The notes under the pieces are model-generated. The model searched no databases. It saw only the letters and a list, made by a program, of their open reading frames with translations, and was not told where the DNA came from. From assembly GCA_045634485.1 (NCBI GenBank), contig JAZRAJ010000067.1, forward strand, positions 1-63,337: a stretch of 63,337 bases of DNA, written 5' to 3'. This document shows, piece after piece, positions 55,705 to 63,337 of the stretch. The DNA comes from Eubacteriales bacterium. Lineage in GTDB: Bacteria > Bacillota > Clostridia > Oscillospirales > CAG-272. The stretch's first letter is position 1. The number at the start of each line of letters is the position of its first letter. Both the position numbers and the translations under genes were made by a program.

Positions 55705-57753
55705 ATGAAAATTAAAGTACATTCATTAAAACGAATATTAGCAGTATTGCTTATTCTTACAACAATCTGCTCAGTATTTGCATCCTGCGCAGGTGATATC
55801 GGACTTGAAAGCGACTCCAACGGTAGCGACTCCGAATATGCAACCGATGCAAACGGAAATGCTATCAACCCAGACGGCTCCGACGATGTCGAAAGCGCCA
55901 ATGGGCTTATCCAGTTGTTTGCAAACGGCGAGTACACCGCAAGGGTTATCCGCAGTGACACGGCAAGCGCTACTGATAAGGAGGCTTACACTAAAATAAG
56001 AGAGCTTCTTAAAAAGTACACCGGTGTAAATCCCCCCATAGAGGATGACTTTGTTGCAAAGGGCGAGGAAAAGTACGACGGCCCCGCTATTCTTATTGGT
56101 AAAACCAACTATAGCGAGTCTACAAAGGCTAACTCAAAGCTTGGCGAAAATCAAGCAACCGCTACGATTTCGGGCAACAAATACGTTATTGCATTCTCCA
56201 CTCTCGAGGCGTTTGAAAAATTGGCAACAAAATTTAACACTATCCTCAAAAAGTCAGACAAAAACAACATAATAATCGACTCTAAGTGGAAAATTGACGA
56301 GAAGATAACCGGCGAAACCTTTAGCGAGGTTGGACTCATTAAAAAATACGAGAACATCCTCTCCTTGGTTCAAAAGGGTAACGATAACTTAAAATTGGAT
56401 TCAACAGGCTCTGGTCAGGGTTCATTAACAATTTTCAACGTTGAATCATCTGCTACAAAGACAAACTTTGACACCGTTTGCAAAAACCTTGTAGACAACG
56501 GATTAAAGAAATACACAACCAACTCTATTGGCAACAACCAATTTGCAACCTACGTAACCGAGCAGCAGATTGTTCACGTAATGTTCTTCCCCACTCAGTC
56601 TGTTAAGAAAAAAGAGAAGGATAACAAGGATAGGACTGTTTACAATTCCGTTGGTAAGGAGGGTGTGCTTAGAGTTACCGTTGACCAGCGTGGAGTTGGC
56701 ACAGACGGCAAGTTCTCTCTCCCCGGACTTTCGGGCGAAAACAAGTACACAAAAACCACCGAGTCTAAGATGATTGTTTGCGACATCGGTAACGCAGACT
56801 GGCCCGGCGGAATGTGCATTATCTACAAGCTTGCGGACGGAAGATTCTTCATCGTTGACGCAGGTATCGGCGGAACTAAGTCCGACGGACGTGGATTTAT
56901 TGGCTCATCCTCAAGCTGGATTTACGAAACCCTTGCAAAGCATGCGGCAGACCCCAAGAACATTCAGGTTGCAGCTTGGCTTATAACTCACCCCCACTCC
57001 GACCACGCAGGCGGACTTTACGATATGGCGCTTGGCTACTACGGCTCAAAGAGCGGAGCAAAGCACTGCGTAATGCCTAAGGAGATAAAGAAGTATATTA
57101 AGATAGATACTCTTATTTACAACGCTCCCGACAATCTCCCCGACTGTAATAGAGAGGGTTGGATTCCCGAAATAATCAAGCAGTTCAACATTCAAAAGGT
57201 AGTTAAGGCTCACGCAGGTCAGATATTCTACTATGCAGACCTTAAGTTCACCGTTTTCGGCTCGCTTGATATTATGATTGAGAACAAGGCTAAGAGCGGA
57301 GATAGCAACGATTTCTCGCTTGCAATACAGGTTGCATTTAACAACAAGACCGCACTTCTCCTCGGCGATAGCGATACTATTCCCAACGCAGAGCTTGCGC
57401 CTATCTACAAGAACTCGCTTAAGTCGGATATCCTTCAGCTTGCTCACCACGGCTACGGCGACACTGGCGACCATAGCGTTAACTCCTACTGTAATCCCTC
57501 TTGGGTTCTTTGGGTGGTTTCTAACGGTGACTTGCGTTCTAACTATACCATTAACGTGAATACGTCAATTGGAAGCCTTAAGAACGTTAAGAACATTAAG
57601 CCCGGAACCGACAACCTCGTTTACGATAGCAACTGGAATTTGACAAGAATGACACGTAACGATATGGTAAACGCAATCAAGGGTTGTGACGGCTCCACTC
57701 ACGGAGCAAGCAGCTGCGGACAAAAGCCGAGCTTTAAGAACAAATACACCTAA
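55705..57753 (+). CDS. Lipoprotein MBL-fold hydrolase (paralog 9)
   Basis: Lipobox FASC; IVDAG, THPHSDH, LLLGD, DILQLAHHG. Confidence 0.88.
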   Translation: MKIKVHSLKRILAVLLILTTICSVFASCAGDIGLESDSNGSDSEYATDANGNAINPDGSDDVESANGLIQLFANGEYTARVIRSDTASATDKEAYTKIRELLKKYTGVNPPIEDDFVAKGEEKYDGPAILIGKTNYSESTKANSKLGENQATATISGNKYVIAFSTLEAFEKLATKFNTILKKSDKNNIIIDSKWKIDEKITGETFSEVGLIKKYENILSLVQKGNDNLKLDSTGSGQGSLTIFNVESSATKTNFDTVCKNLVDNGLKKYTTNSIGNNQFATYVTEQQIVHVMFFPTQSVKKKEKDNKDRTVYNSVGKEGVLRVTVDQRGVGTDGKFSLPGLSGENKYTKTTESKMIVCDIGNADWPGGMCIIYKLADGRFFIVDAGIGGTKSDGRGFIGSSSSWIYETLAKHAADPKNIQVAAWLITHPHSDHAGGLYDMALGYYGSKSGAKHCVMPKEIKKYIKIDTLIYNAPDNLPDCNREGWIPEIIKQFNIQKVVKAHAGQIFYYADLKFTVFGSLDIMIENKAKSGDSNDFSLAIQVAFNNKTALLLGDSDTIPNAELAPIYKNSLKSDILQLAHHGYGDTGDHSVNSYCNPSWVLWVVSNGDLRSNYTINVNTSIGSLKNVKNIKPGTDNLVYDSNWNLTRMTRNDMVNAIKGCDGSTHGASSCGQKPSFKNKYT

Positions 57754-57787
57754 TTAAATCAAGGTTATTAATTAAAACGTAATATTT

Positions 57788-57825
57788 ACCGCCGCCTCGA
57801 ACGCAATTTCGGGGCGGCGGTTTTT
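57788..57825 (+). terminator. Intrinsic terminator
   Basis: accgccgcc ... ggcggcggt plus T tract. Confidence 0.8.
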
Positions 57826-57863
57826 ATGTGAAATGTAGAATTTTAATAAACGTTTTTTGTGTT

Positions 57864-58360
57864 CGGGAGGAGCAAGCACCCATAGGTGGGAACTTAAGGA
57901 ATTTGTTATAGCAACAAATAGCCACTAAAAGTAGCAAATCTGTTAGCCTTCTCTTGTGAGAGAAGGGGGACCGCTTTAGCGGTGGATGAGTAGATTATGA
58001 AAACGGTTTTAGCGTAATTTGGTGCTAACTCGCTTTATATCGGACACCTCATCCGCCTCGCAGGCTCGGCACCTTCTCCCGCTGGAGAAGGCTCGCATAT
58101 ACGATACTTCCAACAATAGATTTAAATAAAGATTTAATCCTTAATTTTCGTGAGGAGCAAGCCCCTGCCCTACTACATTATAACATTTAAAACTTTACTT
58201 TTTAGACGATGATGCTTCTCAGAGGCTCCCTTGCGGAGGGAGCCTATCATACACAGTGCGAACATTTTATGCTTAATCATTGTTTGGCGTAATGCTAAAA
58301 AATAACCTCCCTTGTGTAAAGGGAGGCTAAAGTTACATTATTCAAAGTAGGGGCGACCTG
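57864..58360. repeat. Cluster of short REP-like palindromes
   Basis: Inverted pair 57945-57990 / 58048-58093; ctcccttg..agggag hairpins at 58223 and 58304; gaggagcaagc x2; gtaggggcgacc. Confidence 0.6.
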
Positions 58361-58390
58361 CGTGTCAAGATTAATAAACATATACCTCAC

Positions 58391-58534
58391 AATACCGCTT
58401 TTTCTTTGGCAGGAGAGGCGCAAAGAAAAAGCTTGGCAAAAAGAAAACGCCGTTTTTATGGGCTCTGCCCAAACCCGCAAGTTTTTTGAAAAAACTTGAC
58501 TAAAAACTTTCCTGTATGGGTGCGGTGCAAACAC
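58391..58534 (-). repeat. Dispersed repeat, inverted 3'-half copy
   Basis: Reverse complement of the core from gtgtgtttgcaccgcacc to gccaaagaaaaagcggtatt. Confidence 0.88.
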
Positions 58535-58683
58535 ACCTTCCCTTTCCTCTCATAGCGTCATCTCCAATTATGCACAATTCGGCGCGGGCTTTTTTGTTTA
58601 AAAAGTATATTGTTTATATTATATCTTTATGGTATAATTATTATAATAGGATAATTGTGTAATTATATTTTTTGGGAGGACAT

Positions 58684-60732
58684 ATGAAAGCATATTCAAA
58701 AAGATTTTTAGCGCTTTTTTTAATGCTTGCCACTGTATGCTCCGTTCTCGTAGGTTGTGTAGACCTTAACAACGGCAGCATCTTTACCGATTCGGGTACC
58801 GGCACAAACGCTTCCACCGATGCTACAAGCGGTGGCACTAACAACGGCACCGACGAAACCAATGGCAACACCGAAACCGAGTCCGTGCTTAAGGAGGGCG
58901 ATATTCCGATATTCTTAAACGGTGCATATTCGGCTAAGATAATCTGCTCCGACACGGCAACCGATTTCGAAAAGGATATATACGATCAGATAAGAGAGCT
59001 TTTTAGAAAGAAGACCGGCGTAACCCCCGAAAGCACCACCGACTACGTTGCATCGGGCTCCGAAAGGTACGACGGACCTGCTATTCTTGTTGGCGAAACA
59101 AGCTACACCGAGTCCAAAAAAGCATACGAAAAGCTTGAAAACGAGCAAGCAACCGCTACCGTTTCGGGCAACAAGTACGTTATTGCTATTTCCTCCGAGG
59201 ATGCTTGGACCAACTTTTTAACCGCATTTAAGAAAAATCTTGCAAACGAAGCAACCAAGACTCAGGTTATCGTTAACTCCAAGTGGGATATTACCGTAAC
59301 CTCGGGCTACGTTGTTTCGGGTAATGAAACCTTTGACGAGAGCGGTCTTAAGAGCTCGGTTACGATTTCTAACATTCCCAATCTCGGAACAGGCTACAGC
59401 TCGGGTCAAAGCTCCAAAACCTATATAAAGAGCAGCGCAACAAAGGCAACCTTTGAAACCCTTTGCGCTGACATGGAGTCTGCAGGCTTAAAGAAGTACA
59501 CCACCAATTCTATTGGTAACAACCTTTTTGCAACCTATTTAACGGAAACTCAGATAGTTCACGTTATGTACTTCCCTAACAAGAAGCAAATCAGAACCGC
59601 AGTTGATAAGCGTGGCGAGGGTATGAACGGATTTGCCCTCACAGGTCTTTCGGGCGAGAACAGATATATGCCCTCCGAAGACTCCAAGATGATTCTTTGC
59701 GACGTTTCCAACGCAGACTGGGGCGGCGGAATGTGCTTTATCTTCAAGCTTGCGGACGGCAGATTCTTCATTGTCGACTCGGGTATCGGCGGATACATCC
59801 ACGACGGTCGTAACGGCAGAGGCTCATCCTCGGGTTGGATATACGCAACTCTTGCAAAGCACGCGGCAGACCCCAAGAACATTGAGGTTGCGGCTTGGCT
59901 TATAACTCACGTTCACTCCGACCACGCAGGCGGTCTTTACGATATGGCTACGGGCTATTACGGCTACAACGGCTCTAAGCACACCGTAATGCCTAAGGAG
60001 ATTAAGAACTACATCAAGATAGACAAAATCATCTACAACTCCCCCGACAAGTTCCCCGACTCCGACAGAACCACTTGGATGAAGAAGATAATTGAAACCT
60101 TCAAGGTTAAAAACGTTATCAAGGCTCATCCCGGTCAGGTGCTTTACCTTGCCGACCTTACCTTGACAATCTACGGCTCGCTCGACCTTATGATAGAAAA
60201 GAAGGATGAATCGAGCGACCTCAACGACTTCTCGATTATGTCAAGAGCAGAATTTAACGGCAAGACGATACTACTCACGGGAGATAGCGACAAGATTCCT
60301 AACCCCGTTGTGGCGGCTATCTACAAGGACGACTTAAAGTCGGATATCCTTCAGCTTTCTCACCACGGCTACGGCGACGTAGGCGACCACGATATCAACT
60401 CCTACTGTAACCCCGAAATAGTTCTCTGGGCTTGCTCTAAGGATGATCAGAGAACCAACTGCAACATCAACGTAAACAAGGAGCTTACCGCTCTTAGCAC
60501 GTCTAACTTTACGCTTAGATACTCAAACAGTGCGGGAACAACGGTTTACGGCGGTCTTAAGACCGATCTTAACTTCCGTCCCGGTATGGGAAATCTTATA
60601 TTCGACAGTAATTGGGAAACATCCTCGATGTCACGCTCAACCTTACTCTCGGAAATTCCCACCTGCGATGGAACGCATTGCGGAAGCTCAAGCTGCACAA
60701 AGAAGAGTAGCGGAAACTACTTCGTTGAGTAA
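58684..60732 (+). CDS. Lipoprotein MBL-fold hydrolase (paralog 10)
   Basis: ATG 58684 after GGAGG; lipobox LVGC; IVDSG, THVHSDH, LLTGD, DILQLSHHG. Confidence 0.88.
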   Translation: MKAYSKRFLALFLMLATVCSVLVGCVDLNNGSIFTDSGTGTNASTDATSGGTNNGTDETNGNTETESVLKEGDIPIFLNGAYSAKIICSDTATDFEKDIYDQIRELFRKKTGVTPESTTDYVASGSERYDGPAILVGETSYTESKKAYEKLENEQATATVSGNKYVIAISSEDAWTNFLTAFKKNLANEATKTQVIVNSKWDITVTSGYVVSGNETFDESGLKSSVTISNIPNLGTGYSSGQSSKTYIKSSATKATFETLCADMESAGLKKYTTNSIGNNLFATYLTETQIVHVMYFPNKKQIRTAVDKRGEGMNGFALTGLSGENRYMPSEDSKMILCDVSNADWGGGMCFIFKLADGRFFIVDSGIGGYIHDGRNGRGSSSGWIYATLAKHAADPKNIEVAAWLITHVHSDHAGGLYDMATGYYGYNGSKHTVMPKEIKNYIKIDKIIYNSPDKFPDSDRTTWMKKIIETFKVKNVIKAHPGQVLYLADLTLTIYGSLDLMIEKKDESSDLNDFSIMSRAEFNGKTILLTGDSDKIPNPVVAAIYKDDLKSDILQLSHHGYGDVGDHDINSYCNPEIVLWACSKDDQRTNCNINVNKELTALSTSNFTLRYSNSAGTTVYGGLKTDLNFRPGMGNLIFDSNWETSSMSRSTLLSEIPTCDGTHCGSSSCTKKSSGNYFVE

Positions 60733-60753
60733 TAATTAATTATAATAAAATTT

Positions 60754-60791
60754 AGCGATTTACTGTGCCTCGGCACAGTAAATCGCTTTTT
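60754..60791 (+). terminator. Intrinsic terminator
   Basis: agcgatttactgtgcc-tc-ggcacagtaaatcgct plus T tract. Confidence 0.85.
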
Positions 60792-60937
60792 AATTTTCAT
60801 TATGCACAATAAGATTTTTAAAAATTCGGCTAAATGCATATTGAAAAAATGGCAAATTTGTGCTATAATTATATGGGATATTATGTCATTTTTACTTTTT
60901 TCACAATATATTTATCAAATTTAGGAGGATAAAGGAT

Positions 60938-62902
60938 ATGAGATCTATTTGGATAAAGCTTATATCAATTTTAATCGTTGCGGCAACGTTAGTAACTGCG
61001 TTTGCTTCCTGTACATCAAACGACGTCGGCGACGAATCAAGCTCAGAATCAAGCACCGAGGCAAACGGCTCAAGTGAAACCGAGCCTATAATCGACCCCG
61101 AGGGCGTTATTACAATTTTTGCAAACGGTGCGTACAACGCAAGGGTTATTCGCCCCGAAACACCGTCAAATGACGAAAAGGACGTTTACAATCAAGTAAG
61201 AACGCTTCTTAAAAAGCGTACAAATATCAGCCCCGCTATTAACACCGACTTCGCCGCGGCAGGCACAGAGCGTTACGACGGCCCCGCTATTCTCGTTGGC
61301 GAAACCGACTACGATGAATCCAAGGCAGCTTACAAAAAGCTTAGCGTTGGCGAGGCTACTATAACCATTAGCGGCAACAAGTTGGTTCTTGGCTTTACAA
61401 ATGCCGATTCAATTACCTCACTTCTCGATGCGTTCGAAACCAATCTTACCAAAAACGCATCTAAAAGAGAGATTAAGGTAGACAGCAAGTGGGAGAAAAC
61501 CATTAAGCTTCAGTATTATACCTCGGGTAATGAAACCTTTGACGCAACGGGTCTTATTTCAAAGGCAGATATCCCCGGAAACCTCGGTCAAGGTCACGAT
61601 GCAGGTCAGGGCTCAACCACCTACATAAAGACCGGCGCAACCAAATCCACCTTTGAGGACGCTTGCGCAGCCGTTGAGGCAAACGGTTTTAGAAAATACA
61701 CCACCAATTCAATTGGCGATAATCTTTTTGCAACCTATGTAACTCAAACACAGATACTCCACTTTATGTACTTTCCCAACAACGGCGAGCTTAGAACCGC
61801 AGTTGACAAGCGTGGAACGGGCAAAAACGGATTTACCCTTCCCGGACTTTCGGGCGACAACACCTACGCAAAGCTTACAAACTCGGTAATGACTCTCGTT
61901 GACATAGAGAACGCTGCATGGCCCGGCGGTATGTGCCTTATCTTCAAGCTCTGCGACGGACGGTTCGTGGTTGTTGACAGTGGCGTTGGCGGACGTAATA
62001 ACGACGGCTCCTCGTCGGGTTGGGTTTACCAATCGCTTGCAAAGCACGCCGACGACCCCAAGAATATACGAGTTGCGGCTTGGGTGTTAACTCACATTCA
62101 CTCCGACCACGCAGGCGGACTTGTTGATATGGCTCGCGGAACCTATGAAACAACTCTCGTAGCGCACGGCGAAAAATCAGTATATCACAACGTAATGCCT
62201 AAAGAGGTTAGACAGTGGATAAAAATTGATACCCTTATTTACAACCGTCCCGCTAACAACGTTGACGGCAGAAACGGTTGGATGGACGAGATAATCGATG
62301 CATTCAATGTTAAAAACGTTATCAAGGCTCACCCCGGTCAGGTATTCTACTACGGAAATTGTAAGTTCACAATGTATGGCTCGCTTGACCTCGTTGTTGA
62401 AAAGAAGATAAAAAACCACAATGACGAATCCTTGTCTATGATGTTTGAATTTAACAACAAAAAATTCTTAGTTCTCGGAGATGTTTACCCCGAAAACATT
62501 AGATATTTAGCAACAGCTTACAAGAATGAGTTTAAAGCCGACATCGTTCAGCTTATTCACCACGGATATGATCACGGATATGATGATAATGATAAAAATA
62601 TCTCTGATATGATTTATCAATACGTTAACCCAACCATGGTTTTGTGGCCTGTTGCGGGATATGAAAAGGATCAGTGCGGTCTTGTAAATAAATCTATAAA
62701 TTCTGCTTTCAAGAATATTCCAAGCAATATGCAGTTTACACCCCGAGGACAAAACATCGACTTTGACGAAAACTGGCAGGTTGCAGAAAAATACAGCCTT
62801 ATGAGTGAGATTCCCTATTGCGATTGCAACCATTGTAAGAATGATAAGGTTATTGGACCGATAAAGAGTAGCGGAAACAAGCAGACCGCAGATAATACAT
62901 AA
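60938..62902 (+). CDS. Lipoprotein MBL-fold hydrolase (paralog 11)
   Basis: Lipobox FASC; VVDSG, THIHSDH, LVLGD, DIVQLIHHG. Confidence 0.88.
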   Translation: MRSIWIKLISILIVAATLVTAFASCTSNDVGDESSSESSTEANGSSETEPIIDPEGVITIFANGAYNARVIRPETPSNDEKDVYNQVRTLLKKRTNISPAINTDFAAAGTERYDGPAILVGETDYDESKAAYKKLSVGEATITISGNKLVLGFTNADSITSLLDAFETNLTKNASKREIKVDSKWEKTIKLQYYTSGNETFDATGLISKADIPGNLGQGHDAGQGSTTYIKTGATKSTFEDACAAVEANGFRKYTTNSIGDNLFATYVTQTQILHFMYFPNNGELRTAVDKRGTGKNGFTLPGLSGDNTYAKLTNSVMTLVDIENAAWPGGMCLIFKLCDGRFVVVDSGVGGRNNDGSSSGWVYQSLAKHADDPKNIRVAAWVLTHIHSDHAGGLVDMARGTYETTLVAHGEKSVYHNVMPKEVRQWIKIDTLIYNRPANNVDGRNGWMDEIIDAFNVKNVIKAHPGQVFYYGNCKFTMYGSLDLVVEKKIKNHNDESLSMMFEFNNKKFLVLGDVYPENIRYLATAYKNEFKADIVQLIHHGYDHGYDDNDKNISDMIYQYVNPTMVLWPVAGYEKDQCGLVNKSINSAFKNIPSNMQFTPRGQNIDFDENWQVAEKYSLMSEIPYCDCNHCKNDKVIGPIKSSGNKQTADNT

Positions 62903-62914
62903 TCAAACCAACGA

Positions 62915-62949
62915 AAGAGCATATCCAAGGCTCACTTGGATATGCTCTT
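62915..62949 (+). terminator. Hairpin/terminator
   Basis: aagagcatatccaag-gctca-cttggatatgctctt. Confidence 0.7.
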
Positions 62950-62965
62950 AATTTAAGAGGAAAAT

Positions 62966-63299
62966 ATGAATCTTTGCGATATAAAAACAATAAAACAAAC
63001 TATGGCGATGTTCTCAATAAACTTTAGAAAGGAATTTGGTCAAAACTTTCTTACCGATAACCTTGTTGTAGAGGATATTGCCGACAACTGTTGTGATTAC
63101 AACACAAAAACAATTCTTGAAATCGGGCCCGGTATCGGTTCGCTCACAAAAGAACTTGCCGAGCGTTATGAAAACGTCGTAGCAATTGAAATTGATAACG
63201 GTCTTATTCCTGTACTTAAATATACTCTCGGTTCGTATCCTAACGTAAAAGTTATAAACGAAGACGTTATGAAGTGCAATCTTGCCGAAATTCTCGCTC
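62966..63299 (+). CDS. rsmA: 16S rRNA adenine dimethyltransferase, N-terminal part (truncated at contig end)
   Basis: KEFGQNFL, ILEIGPGIGSLT, VVAIEID. Confidence 0.93.
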
Positions 63300-63337
63300 A
63301 AGTCGGATCGTAGCCATGTCGTTCTGTGAGCCAAGGA
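63300..63337 (+). other. Untrimmed MGI/BGI DNBSEQ sequencing adapter
   Basis: AAGTCGGATCGTAGCCATGTCGTTCTGTGAGCCAAGGA matches the standard MGI adapter sequence. Confidence 0.93.

Noticed and set aside
26594..58534. CRISPR array
   Set aside because: Repeats are long, dispersed and palindromic, with no repeat-spacer periodicity and no cas genes.
26703..58534. Short similar ORFs (26703, 28986, 29035, 52855, 55288, 58295) as a protein family
   Set aside because: They are translations of the DNA repeat; frames differ between copies through homopolymer indels.
29514..62902. Metallo-beta-lactamase resistance island or comEC competence genes
   Set aside because: Motifs are ComEC/Pce-type rather than B1-B3, and there is no ComEC membrane channel domain.
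62966..63313. rsmA pseudogene
   Set aside because: The stop codon lies within adapter sequence at the contig end.

Overview
Chromosomal contig of an uncultured, probably spore-forming Clostridia-type bacterium (taxonomy inferred from gene content and promoter types). 1-29 kb is mostly housekeeping: a minus-strand dcw cluster (mraZ-rsmH-ftsL-like-spoVD/ftsI-murE-murF-mraY-ftsW-murG, no murD), Ca/Na antiporter, asd, rsmI, amidase, ligA, PiT/DUF47, AGCS symporter, CIRCE-groES-groEL, a four-helix-bundle gene, pgsA, rimO, a HAD phosphatase and typA. 29.5-63 kb is dominated by 11 paralogous ~600-730 aa lipoproteins ending in an intact ComEC/Pce-like metallo-beta-lactamase-fold hydrolase domain. They surround a six-enzyme catabolic operon (Gfo/Idh/MocA dehydrogenase, class III aminotransferase, FGGY kinase, amidohydrolase, sugar isomerase, class II aldolase), a nucleotidyltransferase and tRNA-Arg(CCT). 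This array plus operon is the best candidate for an undescribed surface scavenging system. Other oddities: an in-frame TAG in murE, a CxxC-x17-CxxC insertion in the PBP, a multi-hairpin element before the four-helix-bundle gene, a dispersed ~260 bp palindromic repeat family, a duplicated tRNA 3' end, and an untrimmed MGI adapter at the contig end. No CRISPR array, transposase, integrase or reverse transcriptase was seen.
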